NCBI GenBank assembly: GCA_017959905.1
Contig: JAGCZS010000002.1
Span: 7,514-71,513, forward strand
Reading direction: 5' to 3'
DNA length: 64,000 nucleotides
Source of the DNA: Bacilli bacterium
GTDB taxonomy: Bacteria; Bacillota_I; Bacilli_A; RFN20; CAG-826
Both the position numbers and the translations under genes were made by a program. The notes below the pieces were generated by a model that ran no database searches, was not told the origin of the DNA, and saw nothing but the letters and a program-made list of their open reading frames with translations. Below, one piece after another: positions 1-6,734 of the stretch (positions within the stretch are counted from its first letter, which is position 1; each line of letters begins with the position of its first letter).

Positions 1-749
1 TTTAATAAAGAAAAATTGTCGTTTAAAGTTAGAATAATAATAATGTTTTTGCTATTTTTGAAAAATTTAAAACATAAATTTAAATTTTTAGCAATAATAT
101 TTTTTTTATTAGAAGACTTTACAGAACATATGCTCATTTTATAATCGCCAGATGGCGGTAAAATTTTATCTTTTTGAGCAGAAACAAATAAATCTTTTTT
201 GTTTTTTTTTATTACGTTTCCAAAAATGCAGAAATTATATCCTAACAATTGATTCGCTGTTTTTATATCTCCGTGTTTAACTATTTTTTTTATTTCAGAG
301 GATGATATTTTTTTATTATTTTTTTTTAAAAAACTAACCGTTTTAATAATAAAGAATTTTTTTAAATAATTAGCTTTTCCTAACCGATTTTTTCCAAATT
401 TAAAATCGTTTCCAATAAAAATTGAATTTAAATTTATGACGTCTAAAAAACTTTTTTTAAAAATATCATATGGAACATCTTTTATTTTTTTAAAATCAAA
501 AATAAATACGCAATTAATATTCATTTTCTTAAAAAAAAATAAACGTTCTTCAACTGTTGTTAAACATTTTTTTTTGAAATTATCAAAAGTAACAATAGCA
601 ACATTGTCGTTTTCGGCCTTGGCTTTTTTAATTAATAATTTATGGCCTAAATGAACTCCATCAAAAAAGCCTAAACATAAATTAGTTTTTTTTTTAAATT
701 TAGAAAATTTATAATTATCAATAGAACAATTAATATTGAAAATTTTCAT
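1..749 (-). CDS. ribF: FAD synthetase / riboflavin kinase RibF, partial (C-terminus runs off the window start)
   Basis: Absent from the ORF track because no stop lies in the window. My translation from the ATG at 749 reads MKIFNINCS...NLCLGFFDGVHLGHKLLIKKAK...VAIVTFDN...SSSEIKKIVKHGDIKTANQLLGY. It has the GFFDGVHLGH nucleotidyltransferase motif and an SSxxI(K/R) motif typical of RibF. It lies downstream of rbfA, as in the nusA-infB-rbfA-(truB)-ribF cluster. Confidence 0.8.
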   Translation of the reverse strand, partial: MKIFNINCSIDNYKFSKFKKKTNLCLGFFDGVHLGHKLLIKKAKAENDNVAIVTFDNFKKKCLTTVEERLFFFKKMNINCVFIFDFKKIKDVPYDIFKKSFLDVINLNSIFIGNDFKFGKNRLGKANYLKKFFIIKTVSFLKKNNKKISSSEIKKIVKHGDIKTANQLLGYNFCIFGNVIKKNKKDLFVSAQKDKILPPSGDYKMSICSVKSSNKKNIIAKNLNLCFKFFKNSKNIIIILTLNDNFSLL

Positions 750-751
750 TT

Positions 752-1138
752 TCAGGATTTTAATATTTTTTCTATTTTTTCACTCGCTAAAAAACGATCA
801 TCAAATATAAAAACAATTCCTGGCATTTTACGTAAATTTAACTTAGAACATAAAATTTCCTTAAAAATTTTCTTATCCTTATTCATCATTTTTATCGCTT
901 TTTCACTTTTTTTATAATCCTCAAAAAAAGAAACATAAATTTTTATAACTGATAAATCATTGTTTATTTCGATATGATTGATGGATAAAAATCCTATTTT
1001 ATTGTTTTTAGTATAATGATGATAAATTACATTTCTAATAACGTGTTCGATATCTGATTTTGTTCTTTGTTTGTATCGATTTACGCGACTAATTCCAAAA
1101 AATGTTCTAACTTCTTCTTTACTCTTCTTGAATTTCAT
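752..1138 (-). CDS. rbfA: ribosome-binding factor A
   Basis: 128 aa. The C-terminal LNLRKMPGIVFIFDDRFLASEKIEKIL fits the RbfA pattern. It lies directly downstream of infB with a 20-nt overlap. Confidence 0.85.
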   Translation of the reverse strand: MKFKKSKEEVRTFFGISRVNRYKQRTKSDIEHVIRNVIYHHYTKNNKIGFLSINHIEINNDLSVIKIYVSFFEDYKKSEKAIKMMNKDKKIFKEILCSKLNLRKMPGIVFIFDDRFLASEKIEKILKS

Positions 1139-2852
1139 AACCTTCTATAATGTCATTTTCTTTTATATCGTTATAGTTTTTTATTATCGTTCCGCATTCA
1201 GAACCGCTTTTTACAATAGAAATATCGTCTTTTTTATGTCTTAAACTTGCTAAAACGCCATCATGAATAATCTCTCCGTTTCTAATTAAACGAACTTTTG
1301 ATTTTGATTTAATAAAACCATCTTTCGCAATACAACCGGCAATATTTTTTTTTTCGAAGGTGAAAATCTTTTTTATTTCTAAATGACCTGTAATTACTTC
1401 GATTTTTTTTGGCGCTAATTTTTTTTTCAACGTTTCTTCAACATCTTCAATTAATGAATAAATAATGTTGTGATAATGGGTATTAATTCTTAACGATTTC
1501 AAACGGTTTTTAATCGCAGAATTACTTTTAATATTAAAAACAAAAATATCAGCTTTACTTAAATTAGCTAAATCTATATCGTTGTCTGTTATGTCACCTA
1601 CATTAGCATAAATTACGTTAACTTTGGCTCCTTCGATTTTAATCCTACATATATTATCTTTTATAGCTTCTAACAAACTAATCGCATCAGCTTTTAATAT
1701 TAAATTTAAGATAAAAATATTGTCAATGCTGTTATCGTCTTTGTTATTTTGCTGAAATCGATTAACGGCATTATTGTTCTTAAAACTATCTTTTTTAGCA
1801 CTCTTTGCAACATATTGTTCAGCTGCCAATTTATTTTTAAAAAATAAAAATATTTGCCCGGCTTCTGCTATATTTTTTAATCCAATTATTTTAACGGGCA
1901 TCGATGCGCCAGCGCTACTAATAACTTTATTATTGTCGTCAAAAATTTTTTTAATATGGCCACAAATACAATTATCAATAACAATAAAACATCCATTTTC
2001 TAGAATGCCATTTTGAATTAAAATATTAGTTACAATACCAACGTTTTTACTTAATTTTGCTTCTAAAACAACACCAGAACCGTTATTAATATCTGTTTTT
2101 AATTCAAGCAAATCACCAAGTAAAAGAAGATGGTTCAATAAATTGTCAATGCCAATATTTTTTTTGGCGCTTATTTCGCAAAAAATATTTTCTCCGCCAT
2201 ATTTTTCTGGCGCTAAACCATATTGACTTAATTCGTTATTTACTTTTTCTATGTTAATTGAAGGTTTATCAATTTTATTAATCGCTACAAGAATTGTCGC
2301 TTCAACCTTTTTTGCATATTTGATCGCTTCTACAGTTTGGGGTTTAACGCCGTCATCGGCTGCAACAACAAGCACAATAATATCAGCTATTTGAGCACCA
2401 TATTTTCGCATATTAGAAAAAGCTTCATGCCCTGGCGTATCAATAAAAGTTATTTTTCTTCCATTAACATCTTTCTGGTATGCTCTTACTATTTGTGAAA
2501 TACCTCCGATTTCTTTTGAGGCTTCATTACTATTCCTAATAGCGTCAATCAAAGTTGTTTTTCCGTGATCAACATGTCCCATAATTGTAATAACAGGAGG
2601 CCTATCACGAAAAAGAGAATTATTATAAACTACCTTTTTATTAGTACAATTCTCATTATTTTGTTTTTTAAAAACAACGTTAAAATTATCACAAATATCT
2701 TTTATAATTTCTTCGCTTAATAATTGGTTAACCGTTATACTTTTATTTTTTTTTAAAAACAAAAATTTAACTATTTCACTAGAAGAAATATCTATCTCTT
2801 CAGCTAAATCGCCTAGACTTATATCATGAGAAAAAATAAAAATATTGTTCAT
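1119..2852 (-). CDS. infB: translation initiation factor IF-2 (short N-terminus)
   Basis: 577 aa. GTPase motifs [18 protein letters not shown] and NKID are present. It follows nusA with a TAATG stop/start overlap. Confidence 0.97.
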   Translation of the reverse strand: MNNIFIFSHDISLGDLAEEIDISSSEIVKFLFLKKNKSITVNQLLSEEIIKDICDNFNVVFKKQNNENCTNKKVVYNNSLFRDRPPVITIMGHVDHGKTTLIDAIRNSNEASKEIGGISQIVRAYQKDVNGRKITFIDTPGHEAFSNMRKYGAQIADIIVLVVAADDGVKPQTVEAIKYAKKVEATILVAINKIDKPSINIEKVNNELSQYGLAPEKYGGENIFCEISAKKNIGIDNLLNHLLLLGDLLELKTDINNGSGVVLEAKLSKNVGIVTNILIQNGILENGCFIVIDNCICGHIKKIFDDNNKVISSAGASMPVKIIGLKNIAEAGQIFLFFKNKLAAEQYVAKSAKKDSFKNNNAVNRFQQNNKDDNSIDNIFILNLILKADAISLLEAIKDNICRIKIEGAKVNVIYANVGDITDNDIDLANLSKADIFVFNIKSNSAIKNRLKSLRINTHYHNIIYSLIEDVEETLKKKLAPKKIEVITGHLEIKKIFTFEKKNIAGCIAKDGFIKSKSKVRLIRNGEIIHDGVLASLRHKKDDISIVKSGSECGTIIKNYNDIKENDIIEGYEIQEE

Positions 2853-4462
2853 TATCTATCCTTATCGTCGTTGTTATAATAATTATCATACTCATCAAAA
2901 TTTTCGTCGTTTTTTAAATCCGAACTATAGTCATTTTCTTGTTCTAAGTCTTTAATTTCTTCGTCAGAATACATCTTTTTTTCTTTTTTTTTCACAAAAT
3001 CCTTAATTTCCTCTAACTTATTTTTTTTGACAATGTTATCGCTATTGCTTTTTTGAGTTTTTCTTTTATTATTCATTTCGTTATTATGACTAACATTTTT
3101 TTCAATCTTTTTTTCCATTTCAGATAAACTGGTTGTTTCGATATTGGAAAATTTATTCTTATAATCATCAATGTCACTATTGTTATCGTTATTTTCTAAA
3201 AGTTCTTCAAAGTTATCATTTTCGTCTTTTTTTTCGCTAATCTCTTCAATACTGCTTTCGCTCTTTTTTTTGTTATGCGCGATCACGCTTTCTAAAAACT
3301 TTTTTTTATTTTTTTCTGCCTTTTTAGTTATCTCGTCTTTTTCAAAAACTGTTTTCGAAATATAATCAATACCTTCAGCATCTTTTTCCTCGATAATGTC
3401 TAATTCATATCCGGTTAGTTTTGACGCTAATTTGACATTAATGCCTTTTAAACCGACTGCTTTTAGATATTGATTATCTTTTACGATACAAATAGCTTTT
3501 TTATTTTCTTCGTCTGTAATAACCGCTCCAACCGCCTCTGCCGGTCTAATAGCGTTAATTATATAGAATAATGGATTATCGCTATATAAAATAATGTCTA
3601 CTCTTTCTTTATCAAAACCGTTTCCGCCTAATTGATCAACGATTTTCGCAAGTCTAACACCATTTTTTCCGATACAACTGCCAGTTGCATTAACTTCGTC
3701 GATCGTTGAATATACAGCTACTTTGCTTCTTTTACCGGCAACACGTACTATATCTTTAACGACAATTGTTCCGTCATAAATTTCATAAATTTCTTCTTCT
3801 AAAATCCTTTTTAAAAAACCATCATTCGCTCGTGTAATTGATATGCTCTTTTTTTTATCAGTACTTGTATCTTGCAAAAAAACCTTTATTTGTTGTTCAA
3901 GAACAAAAAATTCATCGCCTATCATTTCTTTTTGCGGCAGCAAAATACTAACTTCGCCTATTTTTACAGTAGCGCCACGATTATCAATTTTCTCAACAAT
4001 CGCCATAACATTTTCATTAATATGGTCCTTATATGCACTATATAAAACTGTCTTCTTTTCGTCATCTATTTTTCGCTGAAAAATTCTTTTGAAACAATTA
4101 ATAAAAACTTCTAATTTATTCTTATTGTCTAAAAAATCATCTAATATTTCAACGTCATCACCATATTTTAAATTATTTTTTTTTGTTAATGCTTTTGCGT
4201 CATCCATTTCTATTTCTAACATGTCGTCAACGACTTCTTTTTTTATTTTTTTTATAATAAAGAAATAGATTTCGCTCCCTGATTTATTAAAAGAAATTTT
4301 TATTCTTGGTCGTTCAATGCTATCAGAATTATTTTTTAAAATAGATTTAATATAAGATTGTTCTAAACACTCAATTACTAATTCGCGCATTCTCTTTTCG
4401 TTTATATTTTCTTCTTTACATAATTTTTTTACTGCATCAAATAACTTTTTAAAAAAAAACAT
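2852..4462 (-). CDS. nusA: transcription termination/antitermination factor NusA with a long charged C-terminal tail
   Basis: 536 aa. It has an N-terminal domain, an S1 domain and two KH domains (GSCIGKNGVRLAKIV, AVGLKGINVKLASKLTGYELDI). AAAGGAG lies upstream of the ATG. The last ~172 aa are K/E/D/N-rich low complexity. Confidence 0.93.
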   Translation of the reverse strand: MFFFKKLFDAVKKLCKEENINEKRMRELVIECLEQSYIKSILKNNSDSIERPRIKISFNKSGSEIYFFIIKKIKKEVVDDMLEIEMDDAKALTKKNNLKYGDDVEILDDFLDNKNKLEVFINCFKRIFQRKIDDEKKTVLYSAYKDHINENVMAIVEKIDNRGATVKIGEVSILLPQKEMIGDEFFVLEQQIKVFLQDTSTDKKKSISITRANDGFLKRILEEEIYEIYDGTIVVKDIVRVAGKRSKVAVYSTIDEVNATGSCIGKNGVRLAKIVDQLGGNGFDKERVDIILYSDNPLFYIINAIRPAEAVGAVITDEENKKAICIVKDNQYLKAVGLKGINVKLASKLTGYELDIIEEKDAEGIDYISKTVFEKDEITKKAEKNKKKFLESVIAHNKKKSESSIEEISEKKDENDNFEELLENNDNNSDIDDYKNKFSNIETTSLSEMEKKIEKNVSHNNEMNNKRKTQKSNSDNIVKKNKLEEIKDFVKKKEKKMYSDEEIKDLEQENDYSSDLKNDENFDEYDNYYNNDDKDR

Positions 4463-4557
4463 TTTTTCTCCTTTATAAATAATCTTTATCTAAAACAAAA
4501 TTTAAAAAACGGGTGACCGCTTTTTTAAAAATTAAACAAACTAAATACATTTTTTTT

Positions 4558-4631
4558 TGGAGCAGATAATGAGAATTGCACTCACACTGATAACTTGGGA
4601 AGCTATTATTCTACTATTAAATTATACCTGC
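4558..4631 (-). tRNA. tRNA-Gly, anticodon CCC, CCA encoded
   Basis: The reverse complement is GCAGGTATAATTTAATAGTAGAATAATAGCTTCCCAAGTTATCAGTGTGAGTGCAATTCTCATTATCTGCTCCA. Cloverleaf: acceptor GCAGGTA/TATCTGC, D arm ATTT-AATAGTA-GAAT, anticodon arm ATAGC-TTCCCAA-GTTAT, T arm GTGAG-TGCAATT-CTCAT. It closely resembles Firmicutes tRNA-Gly. The D-loop and T-loop are unusual (A18, G55). Confidence 0.75.
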
Positions 4632-4638
4632 CTATTTT

Positions 4639-4713
4639 TGGTGGGCACTAGTGGAATCGAACCACTGGCCTCTTGCTTGTTAAACAAGCGTTCTACCATT
4701 GAACTAAATGCCC
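4639..4713 (-). tRNA. tRNA, Val-like body, anticodon reads AAC in the standard register, CCA encoded
   Basis: The reverse complement is GGGCATTTAGTTCAATGGTAGAACGCTTGTTTAACAAGCAAGAGGCCAGTGGTTCGATTCCACTAGTGCCCACCA. Cloverleaf: acceptor GGGCATT/AGTGCCC, D arm GTTC-AATGGTA-GAAC, anticodon arm CTTGT-TTAACAA-GCAAG, variable loop AGGCC, T arm AGTGG-TTCGATT-CCACT, discriminator A. The 3' half of the anticodon arm (ACAAGCA.AGAGG) resembles Firmicutes tRNA-Val. Confidence 0.75.
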
Positions 4714-4794
4714 TTCAACACAACGCAAAAAATCCAAAATAAATTACACAAATGTATTATGTAAGCAGATAAATAAATCGCGCTATCATTGTTT

Positions 4795-4823
4795 ATTATA
4801 CTTAAATCGTTTTTTTAGTGCAA
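4795..4823 (-). promoter_or_regulatory. candidate sigma-70 promoter reading into the tRNA (AAC) and tRNA-Gly genes
   Basis: The minus strand reads TTGCAC (4823-4818), then 17 nt, then TATAAT (4800-4795). This lies about 80 nt upstream of the tRNA 5' end at 4713. Confidence 0.45.
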
Positions 4824-4853
4824 TATAAGATTAACAAAAATCATAAAAACAAG

Positions 4854-4889
4854 GATAACTTTAAAATCGCACCATCTAAAAAAGTTATC
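4854..4889 (-). terminator. possible intrinsic terminator after tRNA-Thr
   Basis: A 9-bp inverted repeat GATAACTTT (4854-4862) / AAAGTTATC (4881-4889) has an 18-nt loop. On the minus strand it is followed by CTTGTTTTTATGATTTTTG. The large loop and AT-rich stem make it weak. Confidence 0.3.
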
Positions 4890-4909
4890 TGCTTTATTCT
4901 TTATATAAT

Positions 4910-4984
4910 TGGTGCCGACTAACGGAATCGAACCGTTACTTACTAGTTACGATTTAGTTACTCTGCCAATTAAGTTAAGTCGGC
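4910..4984 (-). tRNA. tRNA-Thr, anticodon CGT, CCA encoded
   Basis: The reverse complement is GCCGACTTAACTTAATTGGCAGAGTAACTAAATCGTAACTAGTAAGTAACGGTTCGATTCCGTTAGTCGGCACCA. Cloverleaf: acceptor GCCGACT/AGTCGGC, anticodon loop ATCGTAA, T loop TTCGATT. The 5' half matches the Firmicutes tRNA-Thr pattern GCCG....A.CTCAATTGG.AGAG. Confidence 0.85.
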
Positions 4985-5374
4985 AAATACATACACATTG
5001 AGATATAACTATTTAATTTTAACTACGTCTATAAATGTATAAATTAAATCAAACTAAATCCACACGTATACGCGCATATTTATATTATCTTAAATTAACT
5101 TTTTTTGCATTTTTGCCACATTTTGTCACATTAAATAATTAAATAAATTTGTTTTTTTTAAAATTGATAACAAAATTAATAATATAAACAAGAAAAAATT
5201 ACGATAATTAATTTGTTTTTTTCGATGACGATAGTACTTAACAATTCTCATTCTTATTTACGAAATATCAAAATTTAATTTTGATAATTTGATGAATTTG
5301 TCTTTTAAAATTTAATTGATTTTTTTTTAAAATTTAGATTAAAATTTAGGAAAAAATTGATTGGCAATGTGCAG

Positions 5375-5429
5375 AAAATACTCATAAAAATACTTGGAAT
5401 TTAATAATCAGCCAAATTCTGAGCGTTTT
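5375..5429 (+). promoter_or_regulatory. candidate structured 5' leader of the rplU-prp-rpmA operon (possibly L21-leader-like)
   Basis: Nested helices are present. The outer helix is AAAATACTCA (5375-5384) with TGAGCGTTTT (5420-5429). The inner helix is GAATTT (5397-5402) with AAATTC (5414-5419). The element lies ~85 nt upstream of the rplU ATG in a 527-nt ORF-free gap. Confidence 0.25.
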
Positions 5430-5511
5430 ATAAGTCTAAAAATTTTGTTTTTTGTTCAAAAATAATATTAATTAATATTTAATATTGTGTTAATAATTAG
5501 GAAATTTTGTT

Positions 5512-5859
5512 ATGTTGTACGCAATTATTGAAACAGGTGGAAAACAGCTAAAAGTAAAAAATGGTGATCATGTTTTTATTGAAAAAATAAACGCTGACGT
5601 AAATGAGTTATTTATTTTCAAAAATGTTTTATGTGTATTTGATGATAATAAAAATATTGAAATTGGTTTTCCATATATAACGAATTATTACGTAACAGCT
5701 ATTGTTGAAAAACATGGATTGTCAAAAAAAATAAGAGTTTTTAAATATAAAGCCAAAAATAATGATCGCAAAACAAAAGGACATCGTCAAAAATATACTA
5801 AATTAAAAATCAAAGAAATCGTTAAAAAAGACGATAAAAAAGAAAGTAGCAAAAAATAA
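5512..5859 (+). CDS. rplU: 50S ribosomal protein L21
   Basis: 115 aa. MLYAIIETGGKQLKV is the canonical L21 N-terminus. It is the first gene of the rplU-prp-rpmA triad. Confidence 0.95.
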   Translation: MLYAIIETGGKQLKVKNGDHVFIEKINADVNELFIFKNVLCVFDDNKNIEIGFPYITNYYVTAIVEKHGLSKKIRVFKYKAKNNDRKTKGHRQKYTKLKIKEIVKKDDKKESSKK

Positions 5860-5860
5860 A

Positions 5861-6169
5861 ATGATAAAAATTTTGTGTAACGAAAAAATATTTTCAATAA
5901 GTGGCCACGCAAATTTTGCAAAAAAAGGATGTGATATTATATGCTCTGCAATATCGGCTATTGTTTTTGGCGCACTTAATGCATTTGAAAATATTGGAAA
6001 TATAGAAATAAAGAAAAATAATATTTTAATACAGTTAATGAAAAAAATTTCTTTAGAAGATAAAATTCGTTTTGAAATGATGATAGCTCAAATAAAAAAC
6101 GTAGCTGATAATTATCCAAAAAATGTTGATTTAAAAATTAAATTAAAAAAAAAGTTAAATAATATATGA
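5861..6169 (+). CDS. prp: ribosomal-processing cysteine protease Prp (YsxB family)
   Basis: 102 aa. ISGHANFAKKGCDIICSAISA carries the His/Cys dyad region of the YsxB/Prp family. It lies between rplU and rpmA. Confidence 0.85.
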   Translation: MIKILCNEKIFSISGHANFAKKGCDIICSAISAIVFGALNAFENIGNIEIKKNNILIQLMKKISLEDKIRFEMMIAQIKNVADNYPKNVDLKIKLKKKLNNI

Positions 6170-6196
6170 ATTTTAAATTGGATTTACATTTTTTTG
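6152..6196. repeat. direct repeat copy 1 (prp 3' end plus rpmA 5' end)
   Basis: The copy reads AAGTTAAATAATATATGAATTTTAAATTGGATTTACATTTTTTTG. It matches 6397-6438 at 41 of 42 aligned positions plus one 3-nt indel. Confidence 0.9.
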
Positions 6197-6204
6197 GAAT
6201 TTAA
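6166..6204 (+). pseudogene. duplicated rpmA 5' stub (12 codons, MNFKLDLHFFGI*)
   Basis: Its ATG overlaps the prp TGA in an ATGA arrangement. The first 10 codons match the real rpmA start ([10 protein letters not shown]) except Q to H. Confidence 0.6.
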
Positions 6205-6352
6205 GGGGGCAATTATGAACCATTTTCGAACAAATTAAAGAGCTATAGCTACATGGCGTTAGGCTACCCTTCCAATTAAAGCCGTGAAAAAATTAACTAA
6301 ATTCTTTAATGAAAAGGGGCGGTTGGTTGCCTGTTTTTGTTTAGCGACCAAC
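6203..6352 (+). ncRNA. unclassified GC-enriched, helix-rich insert between prp and rpmA (candidate structured RNA or decayed small mobile insert)
   Basis: By hand count, 60 of 161 nt (37 percent) of 6197-6357 are G+C, against otherwise extremely AT-rich intergenic DNA. Complementary segments are 6208-6215/6324-6331, 6220-6227/6311-6317, 6234-6241/6303-6310 and 6252-6257/6281-6286. A competing local hairpin is 6322-6330/6344-6352. No ORF exceeds 16 codons on either strand. The strand is assumed from the operon context. Confidence 0.3.
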
Positions 6353-6396
6353 TGAAATAGAAAATTAATAAGAAAAAAGATAAAATTAATAAAAAG

Positions 6397-6438
6397 AAGT
6401 TAAATATATGAATTTTAAATTGGATTTACAATTTTTTG
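6397..6438. repeat. direct repeat copy 2 (immediately precedes and includes the functional rpmA start)
   Basis: The copy reads AAGTTAAATATATGAATTTTAAATTGGATTTACAATTTTTTG. See copy 1 for the match. Confidence 0.9.
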
Positions 6439-6695
6439 CCTCAAAAAAAGGTGTTGGTTCTGTCAAAAATGGACGCGATTCCATTTCGAAAAGACTCGGA
6501 ATGAAAAAAAGCGATGGACAAATAGTAAAAACCGGAAATATAATTTTTAGACAACGCGGAACAAAAATTATGTGCGGCAAAAATACAAAACGTGGCAAAG
6601 ATGATACTATTTTTTCATTAATAAATGGAGTTTTAAAATACGAGAGAACCAAAAATAACAAGGTTCGAGCTTCTGTTTATCCAATAGAAAATTAA
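6408..6695 (+). CDS. rpmA: 50S ribosomal protein L27 (with Firmicutes-type N-terminal propeptide)
   Basis: 95 aa. [25 protein letters not shown]...RQRGTK is present. The QFF-ASKKG junction is the Prp cleavage-site type. Confidence 0.95.
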   Translation: MNFKLDLQFFASKKGVGSVKNGRDSISKRLGMKKSDGQIVKTGNIIFRQRGTKIMCGKNTKRGKDDTIFSLINGVLKYERTKNNKVRASVYPIEN

Positions 6696-6734
6696 CTTAG
6701 CTAAACAGACAAGATTAAACAACGGCTAATAATA

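Noticed and set aside
436-654. 72-aa plus-strand ORF at the window start
   Set aside because: It lies antisense inside ribF, whose translation carries clear FAD-synthetase motifs. The product is Phe/Lys/Ile-rich filler.
4504-4526. AAAAAACGGGTGACCGCTTTTTT hairpin between tRNA-Gly and nusA, as a bidirectional terminator
   Set aside because: Only a 3-bp GC core (CGG/CCG) is present, and no promoter is evident between it and nusA. The tRNAs are more likely co-transcribed with nusA-infB.
5394-5404. 11-mer TTGGAATTTAA shared between the rplU leader region and the left edge of the prp-rpmA insert (6194-6204)
   Set aside because: An AT-rich 11-mer recurring once in 64 kb of ~75-80 percent AT DNA is within chance expectation. 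No similarity extends beyond it.
6205-6331. Whether the prp-rpmA insert is the SRP (4.5S-like) RNA, given its GGGGGC 5' end and rod-like fold
   Set aside because: There is no 3' GCCCCC partner. The apical region has no GNRA tetraloop, and the AGCA/GGAA domain IV internal-loop motifs are absent. I also saw no hammerhead (CUGAUGA), T-box, tmRNA or RNase P signatures.
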